Counted from the first letter of the stretch, positions 51,188 through 63,275 are shown. The stretch: 64,000 bases of DNA from Octopus sinensis (GCF_006345805.1 NC_043012.1:16926001-16990000); one strand, 5' to 3'. Numbers and translations: made by a program. Notes: a model not told the origin generated them from the sequence alone.

Positions 51188-51329
51188 AACAACAAACAGG
51201 ATGAGGACATATATCTGTCAAATGTAAATAATGTAAATAATTGCTGTAGTTTGTTGGGCCACAGTCAATTGATATGCCTTGATTGCAAATTATCACAAAG
51301 ATTTTTCAAAGCTATTGAGTAGTTAAATG

Positions 51330-51634
51330 AAGTGAGACCCAACATCCACCAGATCATGCTTGGTGAAGTGGCAAAGCATGATCTTTGAATGATGGGTGTT
51401 ATGGAGGTGATGACAAGTGGTCGTGACTTTTGGTTATTTGAGAAGACTTGTCAAGTCAAGTGAAATTGTAGTTGTGGCTGGTGCTAGCGACACATAAAAG
51501 GCACCTGCTACACTCTTGTAGAAACCAAACCGAAATTGGACTTGGAACCTGATGCAGTACTCCAGCTTACCAGTCCCTGTCAAACCATTTAACCCCATGC
51601 CAGCATGGAGAACAGACGCTAAATGATGATGATG
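51330..51634 (+). mobile_element. Diverged RTE-LINE 3' end/family C
   Basis: ggtgaagtggcaaagcatgatctttg resembles the RT C-terminus (EVVKHDL); ends in the (GAT)n tail. Confidence 0.7.
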
Positions 51635-53069
51635 AAGTGATCCAATATATTCATGTTCTGACTTTTTTAGATTTTGTCATGGATATCTCTACTGTCACCT
51701 CTGCATTGCAAATGGGATGCACAATTGCTGCACACCCAGTTATATGCTGTTGTCTTCTTAACACCCTGTTCTGCAGCAATGGATTCTCAATCACCCTGTG
51801 CAGTGAGAGACACTTCCTGCATATGCATTTCAGTTAATGACTTCTTGTGCAGCTCTTGCTTGTTTTCCTGTCTCCTGAGTATGACTATAAACTGCATCTG
51901 GGTAATGGGGGGGGGGGGGTGCCTGGTTTGGGAGTTCCAGGGTTTTAAAGAAGTGTGAAATCACTTCTTAGCTACTTCTTGTTCCCCGGTCTACTCTGAC
52001 CCCTGAATAGTAGCACACGTCTGGGTCCCAGCTATGGGTCAATTAGCATGTAAATAAGCGTCAGCTGTGAATATGGAAATAAGGAACCCTTAACCATACC
52101 ATGGGTGCCTCCTTAGCAAGGCCTTGCAGTCAGTAACTGCCTATGCCAAGGTTACATTGAAATCATGGGATGTTGCATGGTGGATGTGACCTGTTTCGGG
52201 AGTGGAACTATTTGAGTCAGTGGTGACCACCACTGAAAGCTGAGCAGATGAATAGTCAAGAAACTGCCAATGGTCAAGATCAACCAGTTCAGTTAGGAAA
52301 TTACTGTCATCTGTAGATTCATGTCTAGAAACTGAGGTTGGGGGGTAAGCAAGTGCAGGCTCCCCATAGAAAATTCAGCTCCAAAACAGCCTCATGATAG
52401 CAAAGGAGAATGGGCACCACCCAACCCAAAGTTTGGGGTGGGCTGCACCTGCCTGCATCGGTTGCTATGGCATTGCAGTAGATCTGGTCACCCCTGTAAA
52501 CGGTGACAAAATCTGGATTTAAAACACTGGATGATGATGATGATTATGATGATGATTTAGTAGTCGTAGTGTACACAGATGGGACATTAAGCCATTGAAA
52601 GACCACTGTAACTTATTGGTTTGGGCATGTTACTTGACCAGATGATGATGATGATGGTTATGATGATAATGATGATGTAGCTTTGTCTTTTTTGAGAGTG
52701 ACTTCAGTTGTCCATCAATAAATGTGATATTCTAAACCTAATTCAAATGATGAAATGAATTCAGATTTGAAATGAATGAAACAAGTGAAATCTTAGATGT
52801 GTTTCATCTAAATATTTAAATAATCTCAAAAGCAATTAAATAACCTTGAAAGAAATTTAAATAAACTCAGAGCAAATTATATCTTTTTTTTTTCAAATTA
52901 AATAGTACCATTGAAGCTAGTATTTAGAGTCTGAATAACAGTTTTCTATTTCTAAAACAGATGAATCCTGTAAACCTGTGTAAGATGTTTTGATAATTGT
53001 TCAAGAAATGTTGCCAGTCAGAATTTAACTGTAATTTATAACTTGTTAAATAAAATTAACTGAAATATG

Positions 53070-53114
<45 letters not shown>

Positions 53115-53224
53115 TGGTAATGGTTGATGGTACTAATTAATTTGCGAAACAGATTTAATTTGTTCTGAGTTTATTTTAACTTCTTTTAAGATTGTTTTAA
53201 TTAGTTATGAGATTATTTTATGAG

Positions 53225-53482
53225 TCATTATACGACTACATGACTCACAAGACTATCAGGTGTTGTTACACATTGCTGGTCACAATGCACTTTGTACTGT
53301 TTTAGCCTTTGAATGACGCCACACCACTGGCAAGGCGAGCAGGCAAGCATTCCTTCCCTGAGAGGAAGACTGGAACAATGTAAAAGTGAAGTGTTTTGCT
53401 CAAGAACACAACACACTGCTCTGTCTGGAAATTGAAACCACAATCTAGTAACTGTGACTGCAGCACCTTAACCATGTGCCTT
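53225..53482 (-). mobile_element. SINE family D
   Basis: Matches 2660-2930. Confidence 0.75.
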
Positions 53483-53935
53483 CATTTATTAGACATGTTT
53501 TATCTAAACATCTACTATATAATTTGTCCTGAGATTATTTTAGTTTGTTACAATATTATTTTTATTTGTTCTGAGATTATTCAGTTTTGAACCTGAATGG
53601 GTCTAGATCATTCTACACCACCCTCTGCACCAAACAACATGATACAGCACTAAACTGCTCATCAATGCTCTGGACCTTACTCCAACCGGTTCCCCTGCAT
53701 TTCCCGATTCAATAATCTTTATTATTTTGTATTATACATGAAATAAAAACTAACATAAAAAATCTGCCCCCAGAAGTCTAGACATACACAATCTTAAATT
53801 GTCAAATCTTTATAATATATATATATATATATATATACATACATATATATACACACACACTATAGCTTGGGCCAAACAAAGCCTTGTGGATTTGGTAGAC
53901 GGAAACTGAAAGAAGCCCGTTGTGTATAATATATA

Positions 53936-53976
<41 letters not shown>

Positions 53977-54014
53977 GGAGAAATCGTACAATATGTACAA
54001 AATGTTGATGTACT

Positions 54015-54625
54015 TGACTCGATAGGTTTCCTCAAGCACAGCAGGTCGCCCTACGATCCAAGGGACTTTTGAATGGGCTGGGGCTGGTTATGTGAAACTG
54101 GTGTAGGATACAGCTGTGAACTCACTTTATTTGCTAGGTATTTGCATTCACAGCATATCTCCAGAGGTCTTGGTCTTTTGGCATTGCCTCTGTGAGACCC
54201 AAAGTTCGAAGGTCATGCTTGACCACCTCATCCCATGTCTTTCTGGGTCTACCTCTACCCCGGATTCCTTCAACTGTTTGGGAGTTGTACTTCTTCACAC
54301 ATCTCTCCTCATCCATCCATAGTACATGACCATGCCAGCGCAAACCTCTCTCTTGCATGCCACATCTGATGCTTCTTATGTCCAACATTTCTCTCAGGGC
54401 GCTTACACTCTGTCGTGTGTGCATACTGACTGACATTACACATCCAGCGGATCATACTAGCTTAATTTCTTTCGAGCCTATGCATGTCCTCCGCACTCAC
54501 GGCCCATGTTTTACTGCTGTGAAGCATGGCAGTTCACAGACATGCATCAAGCAATCTACCTTTCACTTTGAGCAAGAGGCCCTTTGTCACCTGTAGGGGT
54601 AGAAGCTTTCTAAACTTTGCCCAAA
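54015..54625 (-). mobile_element. RTE-clade LINE fragment (RT C-terminal region)
   Basis: ORF 54134-54436 LREMLDIRSIRCGMQERGLRWHGHVLWMDEERCVKK...RGRGRPRKTWDEVV nearly identical to 59266-59570. Confidence 0.92.
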
Positions 54626-54714
54626 TACTGTAAAGAATTTTTTTATTCCACCACTATAACAACTCTACCAACATATTGCCTTCAGTACTAATAATTCCAC
54701 AACACCCGAGGGTG

Positions 54715-54897
54715 GAAGGGGCCTGTCAATTACATTGAACCCCAGTGCTCAGCTGGTATTCATTTTACAGACCCCCAAACGGATGAAAGGAAAAGTCGAC
54801 TTCGGTGGCATTTGAACTCAAAATCATAAAGATGGACGAAATGCCACTAAACATTTTGTCTGCCGTTGCTAATGGTTCTGCCAGCTTGCGGCTGCCC
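54715..54897 (-). mobile_element. SINE family B, diverged monomer
   Basis: ggatgaaaggaaaagtcgacttcggtggcatttgaactc. Confidence 0.78.
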
Positions 54898-55070
54898 TTC
54901 AGTACTAATGGTACCAGTAATTCTAACAGCAGCCATGTTGCTAAAAAACAACAGCAAAAATGATAATACTAATAGGAACAATACTTATAACTATGCTAAC
55001 AACACTGAAGGCAATACTAACAACTACAACAACAACCGTTAAAACTAACTACTACTACTAACTACTACTA

Positions 55071-55104
<34 letters not shown>

Positions 55105-55329
55105 GAAAACTACAATGTCTAATTGCTTGTCTCACTCTTTCTCTCTTTCTCTCTCTCTCACTCTCACACACACTCACTAATGTACACATAAACACACTAA
55201 TATATGCACAAACACATACATGCACATACTGATATATACACACACACTAACGCATACACACAAACACACACACACACTAATATACACACACTAATACACA
55301 TGCGTGCACACACACACATTCACACAGAG

Positions 55330-55703
55330 TTCTGTATGGTGAGGAATTTGCTTCCCAACCAAATGGTTCCAGGTTCAGTCCCACTGCATAGCACTTTAGG
55401 TAAAAGTCTTTTACTATAGCCTCGGGATGACCAAAGCCTTGTGGGTGGATTTGGTAGATGGAAACTGAAAGAAGCCCATCACATGTCTGTGTTTGTCTCT
55501 CACCACAGCTTGGCAGTTGGTGTTGATTTGTTTATATCCGTTATAACTTAGCAGTTTGGCAAAAGAAACTGAGAGAAAAAGTATCAGGCTTAAAAAAAAA
55601 ACAATGAAAAAATAAAGCACTGTGGTCGATTTGTTTGACTAAAAGTGCATTCAAAGCAGTGCTCCAGCGTGGGTGTAGTCGAATGCCCGAAACAAGTAAA
55701 AGA
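55330..55703 (+). mobile_element. SINE family A, diverged
   Basis: Family A head and tail motifs. Confidence 0.8.
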
Positions 55704-56321
55704 TTCTATTTCTTAAAATTGATTACAACCACAGAAATAACAAAAGCCAACACTTCTGTGCGCTACCACCACCACCATCACCATCACCACTACCACCAAA
55801 ACCACCACCATCACCACTACCACCACCACCTAAAACAACAACCACCACAACAACTGCCTCTTTTTCCTTGCCTACCATAGTAATGGTTGTGGTGGTGATG
55901 CCGGTGGTGTTGGTGGCGGTGGTGATGGTAGCAGTGTTGGTGGTGGTGACAGTGGTATTGGTGTGGTGGTGTTGATGGTGGTGGCGACGATAGCAGAGGA
56001 GGAGGGGGAGGAGGAGGTGGTGGTAGTGGTGGTGGTGGTTAAAAATCAGATCAGCTTTGTGTAAATTCTGACATTTTAATATTTCATCTATATTCTATTC
56101 CATTCTATAAAATTGTTTACACTAGCAACAACAACAACAACAACAACAGCAATTATTACTACTAATACTAATATTAATAATACACCACCACCATATAGTA
56201 GATATAAGTAACCTGATGGAATGTTTTGATGCTTGTAGAGGTTAAAAGCAGCATTGTATATAATGTCACATTTTAATATTTGTCTATTTTGTCAAGATTT
56301 CCAATTTTGTAAAACACGATA

Positions 56322-56493
56322 CACACACACAACACACACACACACACACACAAACAGACAGACACACAAGGACACAGACATACATGCATACATACATACA
56401 TACATACATACATACATACATACATACATACATACATACATACATGCATACATATATACATACATACATGCATACATACATACATACATGCAT

Positions 56494-56528
<35 letters not shown>

Positions 56529-56683
56529 TGCATACATACATGCATGCATACATACATACATGCATACATGCATACATACATACATACATACATGCATATA
56601 TACATACGTACATACATGCATGCATACATACATACATACATACATACATAATCATACATACATGCATACATACATACATACAT

Positions 56684-56735
<52 letters not shown>
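56322..56735. repeat. (CA)n/(CATA)n microsatellite
   Basis: Directly visible. Confidence 0.96.
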
Positions 56736-57037
56736 AAATATGCTACTATAACTATTACTAGATCAACAACAACAGCAGCAAGAACAACAACGGTTTCGGT
56801 AGAAGAAACTGACAGCATGCGAGTAAACAACAGTAGCGGAAACCCTGATGAAGTTTTTGCTGAAAGGGAGAGAAAGGAGGAGGGAGAGAGAGAGGGAGAG
56901 AGAGAGAGGTTAAAAACGGTGGTTTTAAATTCTCTATCTTGATATCTAAAGCTGGCACGGATCTCCCATTCACACACACACACACACACAGTTGTCTTCA
57001 TCCTCACCTCTCTCTCTCTCTTTCTTTCTCTTTGTGA

Positions 57038-57071
<34 letters not shown>

Positions 57072-57421
57072 CATATATGTATATTTATATAACGTTGATG
57101 ATGATGATGATGATGATGATATAGATATTTATAGATACTCATAGGTATGCGTGTGTTTGTGTGGGTGTGTGTTTACATATATATATGTATACATACACAC
57201 ACACATATACATATACACACACATATATGCATACATACACGTGCATAGACATATATACACACACACTTACATACATACACATATATACATATAATGTATA
57301 TATAATTATGTATCTATGTATCCATCTCTCTCTCTCTCTCTCTGTATATATATATATATAATATGTGAAGTGCAAAATGGGACAAGAACGCAAAACATCC
57401 ATACGTACACTTTGCTCTCTG

Positions 57422-57456
<35 letters not shown>

Positions 57457-57884
57457 TGTGTTATATAAATCTTTGCCCACTCCCCACCATCTCTCTCCCC
57501 CTACTCAACTCTACTTCTCTCTCCCCCCTGTCCCCACCCCTCTCTCTCTCCCATGTGCCATCTCTACACAATTATTCTTCTTCAATGGTATTGGTCGACA
57601 AGATAATCGAGTGGGTGACGCTTAATGTACACCTCCAAGACAACATAATTTGTCAACGCTGTGTCAGAACCATCCAGAAAAGCTATGCAACCAATATTGG
57701 AATTAATCAATTACATTTCATATCTCTTACCGCCCTTCCCAAACACCACTCCACTCACCATGACCCACACCAAGAAGAGTACCATCACCTTGTGTGTAGA
57801 TGTGTGTGTGTGTGTAATATTTGTGTATATATGTGTCTGTATATATATATATGTGTGTGTAATATTTGTGTATATATGTGTCTC

Positions 57885-57917
<33 letters not shown>

Positions 57918-58143
57918 TTGTGTGTGATTGGCATTTTGTGTGTGTGTATATATATATATATTATATATATATGTGTGTGTGTGTGTGTGTCTATATGAAT
58001 ATGTATAGGTTTGTGTTTGATATATATGTGTGTGTGTGTATTTGTTTTCATACATACACATGCAAACACACACACACACACACACACATATATTTCCAAG
58101 TGTGTATATATAGTTATATCTGTCTATGTATGTATACATATAT

Positions 58144-58174
<31 letters not shown>

Positions 58175-58414
58175 TATAAATATGTATGTGTGTATATTTA
58201 TGTGTGTAAATATGAAAATATATCTTTTATGTTTGTGTAATGTGGTTTATTGATCACAACAACCAATGTTTAGAACTGTAAGTGTTCTCTTATATTTCAA
58301 GTATGTGTGTGCATGTGTGTGTGTGTGCACGTGTGCACGTGCATATCAGTCTTTGTGATATATCTGCATATTTTTGAGAGTGTCTGTGCATTTTCAAAAA
58401 TTTTATATATATAA

Positions 58415-58615
58415 AGTTAATCCAAACAAGAAAACACAAAAAAACACAACGCGAGGACGTGGAACAAATATAGTATTATTGGACGCTCAGGAAAGAAGGA
58501 GGGTTTAACATTTTGAGTGGAGCTCTTCGTCGGAAACATAGGAGAAGGAAAGATCCAGAGAAGGGAAGACAGAGTAAAAAAAATCGCCAAAGGTACACAC
58601 AAAGTCACATTTATA
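58415..58615 (-). mobile_element. Penelope-like terminal fragment (family P4) with decayed hammerhead motif
   Basis: Minus 58503-58537: GUUU-CCGACGA-AGAGC(ucc)ACUC-AAAA-UG-UU/AAAC. Confidence 0.55.
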
Positions 58616-58678
58616 TATATATATGTTTGTGTGTGTGTTTGTGTGTAAAATTTTCATTGTATATATATATATATATAT

Positions 58679-60052
58679 GAAATTTCGGGTATGGAAGCAA
58701 GGGTTGGAATCAAAGGGCCTTAGAATAAATGTAGCAAAGACCAAAGTATTAGTAAGCAGCAAGAGTACTCAACACACATCCCCTCGGGTAGGTGGCCCTG
58801 CTCAACCTGTAGGAAAGGTACAGGTAGAAACTCCATAAGATGCACCCAATGTAAGTTATGGACACATAAGAGGTGCAGCAACATTAAAGGGAAATTAACA
58901 GATAAGATAGCTTTCATGTGCGGCAGATGCACAGGGACAATAGACACAACAGACACTCAGAAAACAGATTCCATCACACTCCAGGGAGAGAAACTAGAAG
59001 TAGTTGATAGTTTCCGCTACCTGGGAGACCAAGTTAGTAGCGGAGGTGGATGCACAGAGAGTATCACCACTAGAATACGAATAGCCTGGGCAAAGTTCAG
59101 AAAGCTCCTACCCCTACTGGCAACAAAAGGCCTCTCCCTCAGAGCAAAAGGTAGATTATATGATGCATGTGTGCGAACTGCCATGCTTCACGGTAATGAA
59201 ACATGGGCTGTGACTGCAGAAGACATGCGTAGACTTGAAAGAAATGAAGCTAGCATGATCCGTGGATGTGTAGTGTCAGTGTGCACGCAAAACAGAGTGT
59301 AAGTATCCTGAGAGAAATGCTGGATATAAGAAGCATCAGATGTGGTGTGCAAGAGCGACGCTTGCGATGGTATGGTCATGTGCTGCGGATGGATGAAGAG
59401 AGATGTGTGAAGAAGTGCCACTCCCAAACAGTTGAAGGTATCAGGGGGAGAGGTAGACCCAGGAAGACATGGGATGAGGTGGTCAAGCATGACCTCAGAG
59501 CATTGGGCCTCACTGAGGCAATGGCGAAGGACCGAGATCTCTGGAGATATGCTGTGACTACAAAGACCCGGGCTGCTTTCTGCAGCAATTCCACATACCC
59601 CCTACCCATTCTAAGTACCCCCCTACCCATTCTAAGTACCCCCCTACCCATTCTAAGTACCCCGGATCCCCAAAGTACCCCGGATCCCCAAAGTACCCTG
59701 GATCCCCAAAATACCCCAATCCCCAAAGTACCCCGGACCTCGTTGCCCCCGTGCCGCTGACACGTTAAAATGCTCGAATCCGATCGTGACGATGCCGGAC
59801 CCTCCGGCCCCTGTGCAGGTGGCACGTAAAAAGCACCCAATCCACTCACGGAGTGGTTGGCGTTAGGAAGGGCATCCAGCCGTAGAAACTCTGCCAGATT
59901 CAGACTGGAGCCTGGCATCCAGCCGTAGAAACTCTGCCAGATTCAGACTGGAGCCTGGAGCGGCCCCTGGCTTCCCAGACCCGGTCAAACCGTCCAACCC
60001 GTGCTAGCGCGGAAAGCGGACGTTAAACGATGATGATGATGATGATGATGAT
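58679..60052 (+). mobile_element. 5'-truncated RTE-clade LINE (RT C-half, frameshifted) with 3' UTR and (GAT)n tail
   Basis: GLRINVAKTKV, LEVVDSFRYLG, KGRLYDACVRTAMLHG.ETW, RRLRWYGHVLRM, RGRGRPRKTW motifs; 21 bp and 18 bp tandem repeats at 59597-59735. Confidence 0.95.
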
Positions 60053-60158
60053 ATATATACATAATAATGAAGGGTGAAATTAATTAATTTGGAATAATTA
60101 TCAATTACACCAAGTAGTCTTCGGCATGTAAAAGCCTCATTCGAGGAAAATTTAAGTA

Positions 60159-60343
60159 ATACTAAGCAATAAGGGTTTAGCAACGAATTGCCTTACCACA
60201 TACCGAATTTAGAAATAGCAGTCAAAGAGTATAGCTATAGATCTCCCTTTTTAGTAGAAGAATAGCTATAACTCTTTGACTGCTATTTCTAAATTCGGTA
60301 TGTGGTAAGGCAATTCGTTGCTAAACCCTTTATTGCTTAGTAT
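60159..60343. repeat. Near-perfect inverted repeat (~80 bp arms, ~23 nt loop)
   Basis: 60159-60238 is the reverse complement of 60262-60343 apart from single-base indels. Confidence 0.92.
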
Positions 60344-61026
60344 ATATATACATATATTTATATAGATATATATATGTAGATGAGTGTGTGTGTGTATATA
60401 TGTGTGTGTGTGTGTATAAAGGAGCATATTAGTGAGTTCATAATAAAGTTGAAGTGTGTGTGAGTGTGTGTGTAGTTGTATACATCTGGTTGTATATGTG
60501 GGTACATCTGTGTGTCTCAATAGTTGTATGAATGTATGTATATACATGTATTTGTAGATGAATAAATGTGTGAATATCTATCACTCTCTGCGTGTGTATA
60601 TGTTAATATAGGTGTGTATGTATTTGCATGAGTGTACATATGTACATTATATGTGTTGTGTGTGTGTGTGTGTACATCTATCATTACATAGTACTGATAG
60701 ATGTATTCCCCATAGTATTGATACTTAGTATCGATACATAGTACATCTATTAATACATAGTGTGGTGTGTGTGTGTGTACATCTATCATTACATAGTACT
60801 GATAGATGTATTCCCCATAGTATTGATACTTAGTATCGATACATAGTACATCTATTAATACATAGTGTGTGTGTGTGTGTGATGTAAATTTAATCGTGCA
60901 TCTTAATGTGTGAATGTTTGCGTTGTAGATGAGATGGGCGTAAGCAGTTGTGTGCCTATGTGTTTGTGTAAGTATCTGTATGTGTACATACATGTTTGTA
61001 TAGTACATGTGTTTAATATGTGTGTT

Positions 61027-61420
61027 TACATACATATATACGTACATACATATATACATACATACATACATACATACATACATACATACATACATCATAC
61101 ATACATCATACATACATACATGCATACATACATACATGCATACATACATACATACATGCATGCATGCATACATACATGCATACATACATACATACATGCA
61201 TACATGCATACATACATGCATACATACATACATGCATGCATGCATACATACATGCATACATACATACATACATACATTTGCACGCACGTACGCACGCACG
61301 CACACACACACGCACACATACATACATACATACATACACATACACACACACACACACACAAACAGACACACAAGGACACAGACATACATACATACATACA
61401 TACATACATACATACATACA
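61027..61420. repeat. (CATA)n/(CA)n microsatellite
   Basis: Directly visible. Confidence 0.96.
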
Positions 61421-61528
61421 AATATGCTACTATAACTATTACGAGATCAACAACAGCAGCATGTATATATATATGTATATATATATGTATATATATCATC
61501 TGTAGAAAACAAAAATCCGAAAGACGAA

Positions 61529-62140
61529 GCACTCCCTAAGATGTAGACTAGTATATATTAAAAATGGAGTGGGCCATTTTATGGGATTACCTTAGGATTC
61601 CTGTCCCTAAAGGGTTTAGCTTTATGGCATATTGTCAGAACCCCAAAACACCTTTTTTAGCTTGGTCGTAGTTGAATGCTTTCCACCTCATACACCTAAT
61701 CACGTCCGTTATTTTTTCTAGCAGCATGTGGGTGTACAGCTGGGGATCGTTCCATATTTATGAGAGACCCATGGTTTCTGTAAATATGTACAAGTGTGGC
61801 CTACTGGTCAGCTGTTTAACATAAACAACGTGGTTTCTGTAAAACACTCTGGCCAGGGAGTGAAAAGGATTGTTTGTAGAAGAAGCACATTCTAAGATGT
61901 AGATCAGTATATATTAAAAATGGGGAAGGCCAGTTTATGGGATAACCTTAGGCTTCCTGTCCATAAAGGGTTTAGCTTTATGGCATTTCGTCAGGTCCCC
62001 AAAATGTGTTGGCCCATATATTGAAGAAGTCATTGGCTAATAAGTTTTTTGGATCTGATGATATGCCATAAAGCTAAACCCATTATGAACAGGAAGTCTA
62101 GGGTAATCCCATAAACCAGCCTTCCTCATTTGTAATATAT
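61529..62140. repeat. ~120 bp unit present twice direct (61529-61650, 61885-62005) and once inverted (62045-62140)
   Basis: Shared taagatgtaga...ttatggga..ccttagg.ttcctgtcc.taaagggtttagctttatggca. Confidence 0.85.
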
Positions 62141-62259
62141 ATATATGTATATTTAAATAATAAGGGTAAAAAATTGAATATTAATTTGATTAATATCAAT
62201 TTAAACCAGTGGCCTAGCGTATCGAAGATTCAGAAAAATTATATTACATACATATAAGA

Positions 62260-62655
62260 GGGATGGTCATGTTTGGATGGTGCCAGTGGAATGTTAGAAG
62301 CACCATTCTAGTGTGATTGTTGCCAGGGATGCTGACTGGCTCCCATGCTGGTGGCAGATAAAAAAGCACTATTCGAGCGTGGTCATTGCCATTGCCACCA
62401 GACTGGCTCCTGTGCAGGTGGCATGTAAAAAGCACCATTTAAGCATGGCCGATGCCAGTATCGCCTGACTGGCCCTCTTACCGGTGGCACGTAAAAGAAC
62501 CCACTACACTCTCGGAGTGGTTAGCGTTAGGAAGGGCATCCAGCTGTAGAAACTTTGCCAGATCAGATTGGATACTGGCTCACCAGTCTTCAGTCAAACC
62601 GTCCAACCCATGCCAGCATGGAAAGCTGACGATGATGATGATGGTGATGATAATG
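62260..62655 (+). mobile_element. Family C element with internal tandem subrepeats
   Basis: Repeated ggtggca.gtaaaaagcac then family C tail and (GAT)n. Confidence 0.88.
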
Positions 62656-63275
62656 ATATATACTCATTACTTTTTCTTAATTCCCTATTATTTGCAACCA
62701 GTTGCTTAAGCATAGAAGACCACAAACACTTCTATTTTGTCCTCATCTTTGTTCTGCTACCTCTTGCCTGAAGAAAGATTCTGTTTGAAATGACGGAAGC
62801 TCTACTCTCCATGGCATTATCGTTTTACCCTTTCTGCCACTTTTACCAAATAACAAGTCTTGCTGATTTAGACTTCTACCAACCTCCTTGGATTCTGTTT
62901 TATCTGATGTACATTCATCTACATCACGCACAAATAAATGGGTGTTTATATAGTTCATAGATTACACGTGTCTGCTCATAGCCTGTGTGTATAGTGTATA
63001 CACATACAATGTGTGTGTGTGGTGCATGGGCCTAGCAATACACACATTTAGAATTATTTGTATATTTTGTGTGGCTGTGTATATGAATTTGTGTATATGA
63101 ATGTGTGTGTGTATAGGAGTATTTATGTATGCTTATATATTCTTCTTCATCATCATAATCATCATCATTGTTTAATGTCTGCCCTCCTCCTTGCTGGTAT
63201 GGGTTGGACGGTTTGACGAGCTGGCCAGGCAGGAGGCGGCACTATTCTTCTGTGTCTGTTTTCCCAAAACATATT

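Larger units (their letters stand above)
50395..51242 (+). mobile_element. 5'-truncated Penelope-like retroelement (family P1) with inverted terminal piece
   Basis: Inverted 3' end (50395-50480), decayed ORF, tRNA-like cassette (50975-51049), (AAT)n, hammerhead (51142-51187). Confidence 0.9.

Noticed and set aside
51671-51901. LRRK exon after acttttttag with donor at ggtaat
   Set aside because: In-frame stop in the required phase and no WD40-like pattern.
55635-56040. His-rich ORF and (CAC)n/(GGT)n fold-back
   Set aside because: Adjacent degenerate triplet microsatellites; no splice signals or unique paired sequence.
56842-56870. Hammerhead at CTGATGA...GAAA
   Set aside because: No stem III/UH site or stem I partner. 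Isolated CTGATGA at ~203, ~34830 and ~48546 rejected for the same reason.
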